From Scyliorhinus canicula (Eukaryota), in the NCBI RefSeq assembly GCF_902713615.1, contig NW_024056034.1, positions 1 through 64,000 of the forward strand: a stretch of DNA of 64,000 bases, read 5' to 3'. Below, piece after piece: positions 47,900 through 62,010 of the stretch (positions within the stretch are counted from its first letter, which is position 1; every line of letters starts with the position of its first letter). Both the position numbers and the translations under genes were made by a program. A model generated the notes under the pieces. It had not been told where the DNA came from and did not search any database. It worked only from the letters and a program-made list of their open reading frames with translations.

Positions 47900-48720
47900 A
47901 TTGCTAAACAATGATCATCTCCAGCAAAGTAGAATCTAACCATCGCCACTTGATATTGACTGATATTGCCATCGCTGAATCCCCCATTATCAATACACTG
48001 GGGTTACCATTGACCAGAAACTGCCCTGGACTGGCCATATAAATGCTGAGGCTACAAGATCCGGTCAGCGTCTTGGAAGCCTGCGGCGAGCAACTCACCT
48101 CCTGACTCCCAAAGCATGTTCACCATCTGCAAGGCACAAGTCAGGACTGTAATTGAATACTCTCCAGTGGCCTGGCTGGGTGCAGCTCCAACAAAATTCA
48201 AAAAGCTCGACACCATGCAGGCCGAAGCAGCCCCGCTTGATTGTCACCCTATGCGCAAACACTCATTCCATCCACTATCGACGAACAATGGCAATAATAT
48301 ACCACCCACAAGATGAGCTGCAGGAACGCAGCAAGTCTCCTTTGAAACATCTTCTAAACCCAGGACCATTACCTTCCAGAAGGAAAAGGCAGCTGACACA
48401 TGGGAAGATGACCACCTGGAAATTCCCCTCCAAATATTATAGTCCCTGCTCTGCTGACGATGTCGAATGTTTATTGAGATTGATGAAAGTAAGGTGAAGA
48501 GATCTACCTCCAAATCACTCACTATCCTGACTTGGAAATATATCACCGAATCTTTGCTGTCACTGGTGCAAAAACCTACTACTGCCTCCCTAACAGCATC
48601 GTCAGTGTACCTACACTAGAATGACTGTAGAGGTTCAAACAGGCAGTTCACCGCCTCTTTGTGAAAGGCAATTAGCGATGGACAATAAATCATGGCCTAG
48701 CCCTTGACACCGGCACCGGA
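47900..48720 (+). mobile_element. CR1/L2-type LINE 3' fragment
   Basis: ICKAQVRTVIEYSPVAWLGAAPTKFKKLDTMQ. Confidence 0.7.
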
Positions 48721-48869
48721 TAACTTAATTTAAAACTGTACTTTGTGGAACGGTGGCAATTTGTGAATCTGATTATTTATATTCCTAAATGAATGAAAAT
48801 TGGTGAATATAATTGCTATGTTTCTGATCATTTATGACCTATGCCTTCTCTGCTGGAAGACGTAACCCA

Positions 48870-50300
48870 TCCCGGAGGAGATTCGTGATGCAAAATCATA
48901 ACCAATATATGAAAATAAAGTGGACAGAGGAGACTGCAGCAACTATTGACATAACTCACTCATAGCAGCACTGGGAAGGCCTTACCAATTGGAAGGCCTT
49001 TCCAATGGTCACACATTAAATACTTCATTTGCTAGCAGGTCGAATGTTGCTGGAAAAAAGGGGCTGTGTTTGCATCGCAAGATTTACTCTGGACAAGATC
49101 TGCTCCCTGTGCCACATGCCTACCACACTGTCAGCGGAGTAGGGACTATATGATTTGGGGAAAATTGGCTGACTGCTGAAGCTCCCCTGTCGCATTCACT
49201 CCTTCCATCGCAAAATGCACTGCACTCTGCAGATTGATGATTCCACTTCCGAATGATTCTAAGTGAATAATTGAGCGAAAGAGGACCGTGTCATTGACCC
49301 CACTCTATTCAGCAGCTTCCTCTCCATGCTGCTGATCTTCGCCTTCCCTGAAGATATGGATGACTCCACTTGCACAGTCGGTAAGGCTGCAACCTCGGCA
49401 ACCTTTCAGTCATGAAAACGGAGACATAATCACAATACATCCTCATCAGAGAATTCCTCTATGCTGAAAGTTGGATAATCCACACAAAACATCACCGACA
49501 GAGACTCATGGACTCTGTCCTCGGTGCCTTGTATCGTGTTCTTCCTTCCCATACGCATGAGGAAACTGTGGGAGTGGGACAAGGTGTTGCACTCTCGCCA
49601 TGGTCACACTAAATAAGAGCCTGTGCGCAGATTCTGCTGTCGAGTTTCCACGGTGAGAGACTGCCTGGATGTAGAATGTGATGCTGTCATTGCGAAAGCA
49701 GATACGACCTTTGCTTTACTCATTGAATGTTAATGGAATAACATCAAGCTGACCCTTTGGAACAAGCAGGTGGTTTATAAGGCCTGAACGCCCAGAAACT
49801 TCTTGTATGTCTGTGAAACAAGGAACACCTGCATCTGTGAAGAAAAATAACTCAGCCAATGTCATCTTTGTTGTCCGCAATGCATTATGGATATTTACTG
49901 GCCGGCCACAATCAGAAATGCGGCAGTTTTCTCAAAGACAGAGTTTGCAAGTCTCTTCAAGACAATTAAAAGGAGGTGGTTTGCACATTTCCAGTCTGGT
50001 CCCTAAATGGGACATAGTCACACGACCAAGGAATTTCCACTTTGCAAAGTAGCCGGAGCCACGCACCCAGCGGAAGGCCGATATTCCACTTCAAGGATTC
50101 TTCCAAGTGTGATATAATGTCCCGAAACCTAAACATTGATCATCACAATCGGGTGTCACCGGCTGCAAACTGAAAAAAATGGCGACACCTCCGGTGGGCT
50201 GGTGTGAGCCACCAGGACCAGTGGATTTAGCAGCTTTGAAATGGACACAAACCGAGAAAATGACAACCCAGAAAGACAATTGGGAGCTTCATGTGCAACA
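48870..50300 (+). mobile_element. Heavily decayed RTE-like LINE remnant
   Basis: Scattered RT-like motifs (PTLFS.., VYKA..LLYVCET); clade assignment is tentative. Confidence 0.4.
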
Positions 50301-51329
50301 CTTGTGGAAATATTTGCTGTGTATCTATTGGAAATAGAAGGATGCCGTGGCCTTTGTGAAATTTAATTGTATGCAACATGTGCTTCACATAAACACAGAC
50401 ACACACACACAGTCTCTCACACACGCATTCTCTCTGCCTTACACACACACGCATATTTCCCCTTTAAAACTAAAATCCCATGTGACCTTCCTGAAGCTTC
50501 GGACACAATGGCCCCAACCATTTTGCAGGTGGCATAATGAATCAATAAACTCTCCCCAACACTATGTTTGTTAGATGAATGTTACATTTCCCATGGACTC
50601 CACACAACCTCCAGGTAATCATTCCTCTATTTAACAAAGATGAACAAAAACGCGTGACCAGGAATTGAGCCACTTTGCTGTGGTGCTGATCTCAATGTGG
50701 GAGAATCAGCCAGCGACACCTGCAATTAGTTACACCTTAAAATTTGGCACCTCCCGTAGAAGGCGATGAGATATTACATTTGTGGAAATGGATAATGGAT
50801 ACATCAACATCATGGATTATACCTGACAGCAACATTTTCACAGCAACTGCAATTGCAAAGTTTGGCCAGCAGATGGAATTTAAATCGAGATGTCTTGCAT
50901 TACATTAAGCAGACATTGCCTCAATAATTACTGCTGCCTCTGCTAATTTTAAATTGGACTCCATCTGTATTTTTGTTAGGCTAGACACTGTCTTTGTTTT
51001 TATACACGACACTCTGTTTCAATTAATACTGCGCCAGTACTTGTCAATGTTTATATCACACAATCAATGTGTTCCTATTTTCAATATGCAGGATCTGTCT
51101 CTGCAGTTTTGCCACATCCAGTCCTGAATAGTAATGACTAAATAAACAAAAGGCCGGAATAGGAGCCTCAATAAAATTCCCCACTTCAATGATGGGGGAG
51201 CCCAGCACGTCAGTGCAAAAAACAAGACTGAAAGTTTCTGCCAGAGGTGCCGAGGATGATCCATCTCGGCCTCCTCCGGTGGTCTGCATCATCATGGATG
51301 TCAGTCTTCAGCAAATTTGATTCACTCCA

Positions 51330-52500
51330 CACGATATCAAGAAACGGCTGACGGCGCTGCTAATGCATTATCCCTGGCAACATTCTAGCAGCAATACTGA
51401 AGATGTGTGGCCTGGAACTGGCTGCGCCCCCGACAAGTTGCTCCAGTGCAGGTATAGCACTGACATGTACCCAACAATGTGTAACATTGCCAAACATGAC
51501 CCGTCCACAAAAGGCAGGAAAAATCCAACCCGGCCAATTATTGGCCCATCGGTCCGCATTCGATCATCAGCAACTTCATGAAAAGTGTCAAGGAGCATCC
51601 TGTTACATATAGTGTCCCAGCATTGTGTCCCCGTCCCTAGCTTCACCCTTCATCATAAGGTCAGAATTGGGGATGTTCGCTCATGATTACACAATGTTGT
51701 GCACCATATTCGATTCCTCAAATACTGAAGCAGTCTGTCTTCATGTACAGTAAGACTTGGACAACATTCAGGCTTGGGCTGACAAGTGTCAGGCAATGAC
51801 CACCCCAAACATAGAGATGCTAACCAACTCCCCTTGATTTTAAATGACACTACCTTGATTGAATCCCCACCATCATTAGCATTGATGAAAAACTGAACTG
51901 GAAGAACCATTTAAATAATGTGGCTACAAGAGCAGGTCAGTGGCTGGAAATTTTGTGGTGAGTTTCTCATCTCCTGACTTCCCAACCCCTACTCATCATC
52001 TAGAAGGCAGAAGTCAGGAGTTTAACTGAATATTCTCCTTTTTTCTGAAGTGCCAACTCAAGCAACACTCGAGAATCTCAACGCCATTCAGGACAAAGCG
52101 GCCGACTCGAGGAACACCCCATCCACCAGCTGAAACATTCACTCCCTGCATTACGTATGGACAATTCAAGCAGCGTGAGCGATATACAAGGATGTACTGC
52201 AGCAACTGCCTCCTTCTGTACTACCTTCCAAACCCACGAACTCTGACAATTAAAAGGACCAGACCCGACAGACGCATTGTAACAGCAAAACCTGCAAGTT
52301 CCCCGATAAGCCACACGCCATCTTCATATATATCATAGAATTTACAGCGCAGAAGATGTGAACTATATCTCTGTTCCTTCACTGTCACTGGTCAAAATCC
52401 TGGAACTCCCTTCCTGTCACCTCTGTGAGTGGACTTGCTCAGAATGGAATGCAATGGTTCAATAAGCGGGTTCAACACCACATTCCCAAGGGCAATTATG
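51330..52500 (+). mobile_element. CR1/L2-type LINE RT/3' fragment
   Basis: KGRKNPTRPIIGPSV (NYRPIS-like) remnant and downstream homology to 2490-3125. Confidence 0.6.
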
Positions 52501-53084
52501 AATTGGCATCAAATGCTGACGTTACTGGTGACACCAAGATGCCATTAAATCATTTTTAAAACATCTGTCAGCTTACATTCACTTAGCCCCGGCCTCTGTT
52601 TACATTACACTCGCCTTGTCTCTATCTCATTGCAGCAGGTCCTGTCTCAGTTTCCCTGCACTCGGCTGAATATCAGTTGTTAATATACAGGCCCACGCCC
52701 TGTTTATATTACAAATCATTAATAATAACTGCACTGAATCATGTCTCGGTCAGTCTGGCACGAAACACGTCACAATGGTTACAGCATCAGAACGTTTATC
52801 TGTGCATCGTGAACTGGAACAACATTCTGTTTGCATCACGTGGTTCGGTCTCAGTTATTACTCGACAAGATAGTTAGATTCTAATAAACTCAATGTTGCT
52901 TTAGTTAATTCTACACTTGTCCATGTCCCTGTTTATATAACACTAGTCCCTGCCCCTGTTATTCTTGTGTTGTACGATATCCCTCTTATTGCTGCATTGA
53001 TCATGTCTCAATTTGTATCAATCGACACTCCGCTAGACCAGAACTCAGCTTATATTGCACTAGACCCAGTTTTTTATTATGTTA

Positions 53085-53385
53085 TCGGCGGCACGGAGGC
53101 ATAGTGGTTAGCACTGCTGCCTCATAGCTCCAGGGTTCAATTCTTGACGATCCGTGTGGAGTTTGCACTTTCTCCCTGTGTCTGAGTGGCTTCCCTCCGG
53201 GTGCTCCTGTTTCCTCCCATAATCCAAAAATATGTAGGTTAGGTTTATTGGCCATTCTAAATTGCCCCTTAGTGTCCAGGGATGCGCAGGTCATGGTGCA
53301 AGGGCAGGAGATTGGGGAAGGTGTTCTTTTAAAGGTCGGGGCAGATGCTATGGGCCGAGTGACGTTCTGCCCTGTAGGGATTCTA
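53085..53385 (+). mobile_element. HE1-like SINE
   Basis: GGCGGCACGG..ATAGTGGTTAGCACTGCTGCC head and shared core. Confidence 0.75.
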
Positions 53386-53449
53386 TATTTGATCCTGAAT
53401 CTGCCTATTTGTTTTCGAGACCTGCTCCCTTTTATTAATGCACCGGATG

Positions 53450-54020
53450 ATGCCTCTGTTTTGAATTGTGGGCGCATTATTCCACAGGTCTTTGAGATGG
53501 AAAGATAATATAATAAATAGATATTTTGAACAAGAAATCAGTATATGGCAACAGCCTAAAACGGGATGTATAGTGTATACAGTGTGTGCTATGCAACATT
53601 TGATATTCATTTTCAGTGCAGTCAACAGAATTAGATTTCAGTTGGCACTTCTTCGTTGCCAGTGCCCAAGACCAATTCCTACCCCAGAGAGTTGGATGTG
53701 TAGGAGGATGCACAGTATTGTGTTCCCATGTGCTTGTTGCCCTAGTGATTCTCGGAGGTCTCGGGTATGGAAGATGCTGTTGAAGAAATCTTGGCGAGTT
53801 TCTGCAGTGCAGCCCGGCGATGTTACACAATGCAGCTACTGCATGCCTGCTGTGAAGAGAATGAATGTTGCTGTAACATTAGGTTCTGTCTCAGTTATTT
53901 ATCTAATTGTCCTATGTTTATGTGACACAATTACAACTAGTGCATTCCCTTAGTTTATTGCACTAGGCCCAGGCAATAGAATTTCAGTTGTACAAGTTGA
54001 AGTGGCTGCAAGAAGATCAG
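53450..54020 (-). mobile_element. CR1/L2-type LINE fragment
   Basis: CNIAGLHCRNSPRFLQQHLP, homologous to 2820-2900. Confidence 0.6.
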
Positions 54021-55274
54021 AAAGGTCTGCGCTTGTATGTCCACACATCCAGGGTGGTGACAAGACAGATTATGACGTTTATCTGGGCATAGATCAGCAT
54101 TGCTCGCTAATGAATTTTAGACTGTCACTGTTCCCTCAGTTTTTTTAATCTTCACAATTTCCACTTCAGCCATTTTCCAAAACATTGTACATGGTCTACC
54201 GCAGCAATTACCGAGGCTGGGTCCAATGTAATATGAAGAGACATGCCCAGTGCAGAACTGAAGCTGTATCTAATGTAATACAAACAGAGACAGGTTTAAA
54301 TTAATTGAAACAGAATCAGGTTGTAGGTTAATGTAAAGAGAGACAAACAGAGTCCCTAAGTCCAAAAGACGAAGGAGCGGAATTAGGCCATTCGACTCAT
54401 CGCGATTGCTCCCCCATTCAATCATTGCCAATATGTTCCTAATCCCCATTCTCCTCCCTTCTCCCAATAACTCCTGAACGCCTTATTGATCAAGACATGT
54501 CCTCTAATTGGTGGCCTAGTTTAATATGAACAAAGAGAAATAGGTCCTTATTTAAGATAAACTGACACAGGCACAAGGTAGTATAATATTAACAGAGACG
54601 GGCTCACAGCCTGGTGCAATACAGAGCCAGGGACGACTGTCCCTTCAAACACTCGCAGGCCAGGAGACAAAGAGAAACTCCCTTACACTGTCCCCACCAA
54701 ACATTCTCAGAGCAGCTGCAGATTGTTTAGATGTAGAATTAAATTCCCTCTCGCTCAAACACATTAAAGGCCTAGAAACCAAGAGTTCTATAACAGGCAA
54801 AACCTCTTCTGCACTCTTCCTTCAGAGATCCCCAAGACAGGTTGACAGTGGGGTTAGTTACTGGGTAAAGAAACCTCTGCATTTTCCCATCAAACCCACC
54901 CAGGTCAGGTGCAGCACAGTTCAGATACGGAGTAAATCTCCCTGTGCACAGTCATATCAAACACTCACAGGGCAGGTTCAGTGCAGGTTACATGGAAGTA
55001 AACTTGCTCTATCCAGGGCAATCAAATGCTCCAAGGTCTCGGCAGCTGGATTAAGTGCAAGGAAAGATTCTTCGACCCTGCCACATCAACTCCTCAACCA
55101 CCATGTGCAGCCCAGATCAAATATAGAGGAAACTTGTCTCTACAGTTCTCATTAAACACTCCAAGATCATTGAATGCTCCAACCTCATTTTAGCATAAAA
55201 CTCCCTCGACGGATTCCAATACATTGGATTCGATGCATTTAGTTGGAAGCCAACGGGGTGAGTTCGGGCTGAGA

Positions 55275-55410
55275 GGGCTGGTTTAGCTCAGTGGGCTAGA
55301 CAGCTGGTTTGTGATGCAGAACAGGCCCAGCAGCCCGGGTTTAATTCCCGTTCCAGCTCACCTGAACAGGCGCCGGAATGTGGCGACTCGGGGCTTTTCA
55401 CAGAAAAATT
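55275..55410 (+). mobile_element. tRNA-derived SINE fragment specific to copy A
   Basis: Absent at the matching site of copy B (~60300). Confidence 0.7.
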
Positions 55411-57365
55411 GTTATTAGTGTTGGCCACATGTCGATTAAAGACAATGACCCATCGTGGAGAGACATGAGATAGAACCAGTTATGAGAAAGACACAAAGAG
55501 AGATAGGATACAGGACATTTCTACTAACACACTTGGCATGCCCTTATATTTAGAGATTAAAGGGAATATTTCCTAATTATGAACATGGCTATCATCATGA
55601 CATTTTTCTCATATAACTGATGAATAAAAAAATGTCGAAAAACAAACACTACTGGAATCCGTTGATCTATTTGCATCATTTGCTCTATTTCTGTGCTGTG
55701 TTGGTGGGGAAACATTTGTTTTGCTTTTCTCAGTCCGCAATCTAATCTAGATCTTCTATTTCTGTGTCTATTTACATAAACACCTCACTGGTCACAATGA
55801 AGTGTTCATGTCAGCAAAATTAGATAAACACAGTCACTTATTGATTAGTTTTAACTCAAAATAGCGGTTTATTTTAAGAATATTGACAGTTGGTTAAAAT
55901 GAATAGAAACTTCCATTAGAACAGATGTTACTTAATTGAAATAAAAAATACTTTAAATTAGGTACTCATTCTGAAAGTTCTGATGCCTCAATTAATAAAG
56001 CATCTTTAACCAGCTACTTTTCCACTGAACGTTAATTTGATTGAAATATTAACCTATTTAAAGTAGATAGATTAAAACATCAAGCAGAGGAGTGATCTAT
56101 AGTCACATCAATCTCAGATCTTTCAACATATTACAACCAGCATTTAAAAAATGTTAACATTTGGAAAGAGCTTGCTTTTGTAAAACACTTTACGCGACCT
56201 CAGGTCACCTCAACGCCCTTAAAACTCACTGATATTTTTTTTGCTGAATTTAGTATCTGCTGTAATGTTGGAAACAGAGCAGGGAATTTGCGCACAGCAA
56301 GCTCCCACAAACTGAGATGTGATAAGTGACCAGCTAATTTGTGATTTTAGATGAAGAACGGACATTGGTCCAACATACTGGGAGAAGCAGCTCTGCCCTT
56401 AGAATTATATCAGTGAGGTAATCCATCTGAAATGTGAATCTGTTTCTCTCTCTGCTGATGCCCACTGTCCTGCTCTGCATTTTTTTTGTTGTTTTTGTTT
56501 TAGATTTCCAGAATCTGCAGCACTTTGCACAGTTTTGGATTCATTCTCGCCATGTAGCCATCAGTGACAAAGTCAGCATTAACTATCCATCCTGAGAAGC
56601 CAGATGTGAACCATCTTTTTGATGAGGTGCACTTCGAGCAATTTTATTCACATTTGACTTTCTGTAGCATCTTCCCTTCAACTGACTTGCTTGCTCAGCA
56701 ATATCAGAGATAGTTAATAGTCAACCACATCATTGTTGAAATAGAGACACATATAGGCCAGAGAGAGTAAGGAGGGAAGCTTTCTTCTGAAGGACGCTGG
56801 TGAACCTGCTGGGCTTCGCGTGACATTTCCATTTCTTTGGAAGTATAAACAATGCGACGATTTTTTTCTGATTGATTAAGCCATTCAATTGAAAGTCTCT
56901 ACAGCTGCAAAAAACCCATAGGATTTGGAGCAGAACTTGGCCATTCGGCCCATGGAATCTGATCTGCCATTCAATGAGATGGTGGCAAATCTGGTAAAAT
57001 CCTCAACTCCACAGTTCCACTTTATTCCCATAACCCTTGATTCCCTTACTGATGAAAAATATCTGTCTCAGCCTTGAACATATTTATTGAACAGGCGAAC
57101 TCTCTAGGGCAAATAATTCTATAGAAGCACTACGCTCTGAGAGAAGAAATTCCTCTTCATCCTCGTCTGAAATGAGTGGCGCCTTACTCTGAGATTGTGC
57201 CCTATGGTCCTAAACTCTCCCAAAAGCCGAAACAACCTCGAACATCTACATTGTCAAGCCCCCTGAGAATACTATATATCTCAGTAACTTCGCCTCTCAT
57301 TCTTCTAAACTCCAATTCGTGTAGGCTTAACCGACTTAAGCTCTCCCCATTTCAGTCTCTGTGGT

Positions 57366-57523
57366 CACAGTAAGAAGTCTTACAACACCAGGTTAAAGTC
57401 CAACAGGTTTGTTTCAAACACTAGCTAGTGTTTGAAACAAATCTGTTGGACTTTAACCTGGTATTATACTTCTTACTGTGCTCACCCAAGTCCAATGCCG
57501 GCATTTCCACATCATTGCCACAA
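57366..57523. mobile_element. Second Penelope-like fold-back element with 10-bp TSD
   Basis: Palindrome 57366-57480 centred on ACTAG|CTAGT; TCTCTGTGGT at 57356-65 and 57524-33; empty site preserved in copy B (~62452-62470). Confidence 0.75.
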
Positions 57524-57539
57524 TCTCTGTGGTGCAATT

Positions 57540-57875
57540 ACATAGAACATAGAACAGTACAGCACAGAACAGGCCCTTCGGCCCTCGATGTTGTGCCGAG
57601 CCATGATCACCCTACTCAAACCCATGTATCCACCCTATACCCGTAACCCAACAATCCCCCCATTAACCTTACACTATGGGTAATTTAGCATGGCCAATCC
57701 ACCTAACCCGCACATCTTTGGAATGTGGGAGGAAACCGGAGCACCCGGAGGAAACCCACGCACACACGGGGAGGACGTGCAGACTCCACACAGACAATGA
57801 CCCACCCGGGAATCGAACCTGGGACCCTGGAGCTGTGAAGCATTTATGCTAACCACTATGCTACCCTGCTGCCCC
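57540..57875 (-). mobile_element. HE1-like SINE specific to copy A
   Basis: Reverse copy with an (ATAGAAC)n tail; flanked by AATT. Confidence 0.8.
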
Positions 57876-59494
57876 CGAATTGGTCAGCGTGTTTGGCTGT
57901 TTACCGCAAGGTCTGCGTTCCAAGGCCGGATTCTTCTTTATTTGCTGACAGGTTGAGTAACGATGGGCCGAGGAGCCCCTTTCTGTGCTGTAAAATGCTA
58001 CCTACCTTTGAAAATCCCTCCACACTCTGGATTTACCTAAAGAACCTTCTCTGGATTGCCTCCAAAATATCTTTCCTTACATAAGGAGACCAAAACTGAT
58101 CACAACATTACAATATGACCTGGTGGAATTTGTACTCCTGTGTCTGGAGTATTAGTTCAGGCCTCCAGATTACCAGTTTTGTAATAATATTGCGAGACTA
58201 TCCCGAAGACTGTAATATCCCCCCATCGAAAAGATGGAACAATTGGATCATGTGCGGAGGTATCTGTTGTGGGAGGTGATAGTGATTCCACAGAGAGAAT
58301 CATCATGGTTCGTATTTTGACATTCTGAAATATTGCTCGGTGAATCTAAAGTTCAAACTATGGGTCCAGTCTTACATGGGTCAATTTAATTTTCAGAGGC
58401 TGGTCTTTTTCTAGTCTTAGGTCCTATTCTGACACCATGGCAATGGAGATAGGGAATTCCACAGGCTCCATATAAAATATCAGTTATTCCAAAAATAGCA
58501 CACCAGGGTCAGTCTCTGTTTATATTTTACCGGACCATATTCCTGTTGCCTGTCACGATATTCTAAATGATTGTATATATTTGTTTGTTTTTACGAGTAC
58601 AATCATTGTTGATTTGGAGATTATATTAATTCTTGTTGATACTTATAAGTAGTTCTATGAAATTTGTATTTGCTCTGCTATCATGTGGGTAATATTGAGT
58701 TTAATATTTTACCAACGTCCCAGTAATGTACTGGACTTGAGGGACAGGTCTACATGTGAATATCGCTGCACAGCACTTTCCAAAAGTTAATGGAAATCTC
58801 TGTTATGTTCAAAATGATGAATTTACTCTTGTATTACACTCTATCCATTGGAAACTGGTTTTCATGGTGAGGATTTTTTTTCTGCCTTGTTTTATATTCA
58901 CTAAACGCCTAATATACTGGAAGTGTGAGGCAGATCAGTGCTCTCACAGAATCACTAGAATGGCTCCCACAGGATAAATGTCCACACAATCATAGAATTC
59001 TCATCTGGTTAAGAACAGCAAGTGAATTCACTTCAAAAAGGGATTGGCCGTTCACGCAGTTGTGCATATAAAATATTGTTCTGGAGTTTTGCAACTGTAA
59101 TTTATCAAGACGTTATGTTATGTTCAGAATTAATTGTTTTGCTTTGCGATGTCTTAATGCGTCTCGGCCCTAAGCTCTGGTATTCATTCCCCACTCCTCT
59201 TTACCTCAATTCCCTTAATAAAATCATCTCATATAACCTGCCTCGTCGACCAAGTTTTTAATCATCTGTCCTAATAAGTCTTTACACATATATTAATCCA
59301 GACCCTGCAGCAGGAATGACTGCAAGAGACCCTACCACAGTTTAGAATATTCCAGACCCTGAATCAATAATCACTGCTCTATATCATTTAAGGGCAATCA
59401 ACCTGTGTATCAGTAATTTCTGCACTAGAACCTGTTTCGGTTTATGCTAGTTGAGACCTTGCATCAGTAATCACTGCACTATATCCAATCTCAG

Positions 59495-59745
59495 TAGCAC
59501 TGTTGCTTCACAGCGCCAGAGTCCCAGTCAGTGCGGAGTCGGCACGTTCTCCCCGTGTCTGTGGGGGTTTCCATCGGGTGCTCCGGTTTCCTCCCACAAG
59601 CCCCGAAAGATGTACAGTTCTGTAATTTGGACATTCTGAATTCTCCGTCTCTGCACCCAAACAGGCGGCGGAATATGGCGACTGGGATCTTTTCACAGTG
59701 ACTTCATTGCAGGGCTAATGTCAGCTTACTTTTGAAACAAATATT
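59495..59745 (+). mobile_element. tRNA-derived SINE (5' truncated or internally deleted)
   Basis: Shared core and tail with 5214-5493. Confidence 0.7.
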
Positions 59746-61829
59746 ATTAGATTAGTTTAGGTTAATTTCCACCCCATATGAGTAATAATCGTTTTAGACC
59801 TTGGCATGGAGTCATGGAGAGTTAGAGGTTTACAATACAGAAAGATGCCCGTCACCCACCATATCTACGATGGCAGTCAGGTACCTGTCTATTGTAAGAT
59901 AGTCCATAGATGGTCTTCCTACCATAAAACCATAAGGCACAGGAGCAGAATTCGAAGGTTAGGCGAATCGAGTGTGCTCCGCATTCAATCATGACTGTTA
60001 TGTTTCTAATAGCCTATCTCCTGCCTTCTCGCCAGAACCCCTGATCCCCTTATTAATCTAAAAACTATCTATTTCTGTTAGCCTGGTTAGAAAGAGGGAA
60101 AGATCCGTCGGCACTGCCACATCAAATCCTCAGCACCCTGTTCAGCTCAGGTTAGATACAGGGTAAATTTTTCTCTACAGTGCTCATTAAACACTACAAG
60201 GTAATTGAATGCTCCAAACACATTTTAGAGTAAAACTCCCTCTATGTATTCCAATTAACCTGATTCGATCCATTTAGTTGGAAGCCAATGGGGTGAGATT
60301 GCGCTGAGAAATTATATTCGGCACATGTTGGCTTCATGTTGTCGATTAAAGGCAATGACCCTATCGTGGAGAGACATGAGACAGAACCAGTTAGGAAAAA
60401 GGGACAGATATCAGATACAGGAGAACTGGAAAACTCTACTAACACATTTGGCGTGTCATTATATTTCGAGATTAGAGGGAATCTTTCCTAATTCTGAACA
60501 TGGATATCATGATGATCTTTTTCTCATATAACTGACGAAGAATCAAATGTCAAAAACAATCATTACTGGAATCCGTTGATCTATTTGCGTCTTTGCCTCT
60601 ATTTCAGTGCTGTATCGGTGGGGAAATAGTTGTTGTGCTTTTGTCAGTGTGTAATCTAATCTGGGACTTCTATTTCTGTGTTTATTTACATAAACACCTC
60701 ACTGGTTACAATGAAGTGTTCGTATCAACAAAACGAACAGTCATTTATTGATTAAGTTCAACTTAAAATAGCGGTTTATTTTAAGAATATTGACAGTTGG
60801 TTGAAACGTATAGAAACATCCATTAGAACAGATGTTACTTTATTGAAATGAAAAAATAAAGTTAAATTAAGTATTAATTCTGAAAGTTCTGATGCCTGAA
60901 TTAATAAATCATCTTTAACCAGGCTGTTATTCCACTGAATATTAATTTAATTGAAACATTAACCGATTTAAAGGAGATAAATTAAAACATCAGGCAGAGG
61001 AATGACCGATAGTCACATTAATCTCAGATCTTTCAACATATTACAACCTGCATTTTAAAATGTAAACGTTTGGAAAGAGCTTGCTTTTGTAAAACGTTTT
61101 ACCCGACCTCAGGTCATCCCAACGCCCTTAAAACTCACTGATATATTTTTGCTGAATTTAGTCACTGCTCTAATGTCGGAAACAGAGCAGGGAATTTGTG
61201 CACAGCAAGCTCCCACAAATGGAGATGGGATAAGTGACCAGCTAATCTGTGATTTTAGTTCAAGAACGGACATTGGTCGAAGATACTGGGAAAAGCAGCT
61301 CTGCCCTTTAGAATTATGTCAATGAGGTAATCCACCTGAAATGCGAATCTGTTTTTCCCTCTGCTGATGCTCACTGTCCTGCTGAGCAGCCTTTTTTTGT
61401 TTTTGTTTTAGATTTCCGGAATCTGCAGCACTTTGCACAGTTTTTAACATTCATTCCCGGCCTATGACCGTCACTGGCAAAGTCAGCATTAACTGCCCAT
61501 CCTGAGAAGCCGGATGTGAACCACCTTTTAGATAAGGTGCAGTTCATACGGTTGAATTCACATCTGACTTTCTGTGGCAGCAAACCTTGAACTGATTGGC
61601 TTGCTCGGCAATATCAGAGACAGTTAAGCATCAACCACATCACTGCTGAACTAGTCACATAGAGGCCAGACAGGGGAAGGAGGGAAGATTTCTTCTCCTG
61701 AAGGACATTGGTGAACCTGCTGGGCTTTGGGAAATTTCAAGAGCTTCATGAGTATTATGAATGACGCAACAATTTTATTTCTGATTTATTAATTCATTCA
61801 ATTGAAAGTCCCCCAGCTGCCATAAAACC

Positions 61830-62010
61830 AGGGGCTGATTTAGCTCACTGGGCTAATTCGCTGCTTTTTAAAGCAGACTAAGCAGGCCAGCACCACGGTT
61901 CGATTCCCGTACCAGCCTCCCCGGCCAGATGTCGGAGTGTGGTGACTAGGGGCTTTTCACATTAACTTCATTGAAGCCCAGTCGTGACAATAAGCGATTT
62001 TCATTTTCAA
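61830..62010 (+). mobile_element. tRNA-derived SINE specific to copy B
   Basis: GGGGCTGATTTAGCTCACTGGG head; absent in copy A. Confidence 0.75.

Larger units (their letters stand above)
55075..58500 (+). repeat. Segmental duplication, copy A (paralogue of 60110-63390)
   Basis: Continuous collinear similarity by eye once copy-specific insertions are removed. Confidence 0.85.

Noticed and set aside
32382-55676. Exact octamers ATTTGCAT at 32382, 39082, 47768 and 55669
   Set aside because: The count is near chance for 64 kb; two lie in repeats and none is at the VH promoter.
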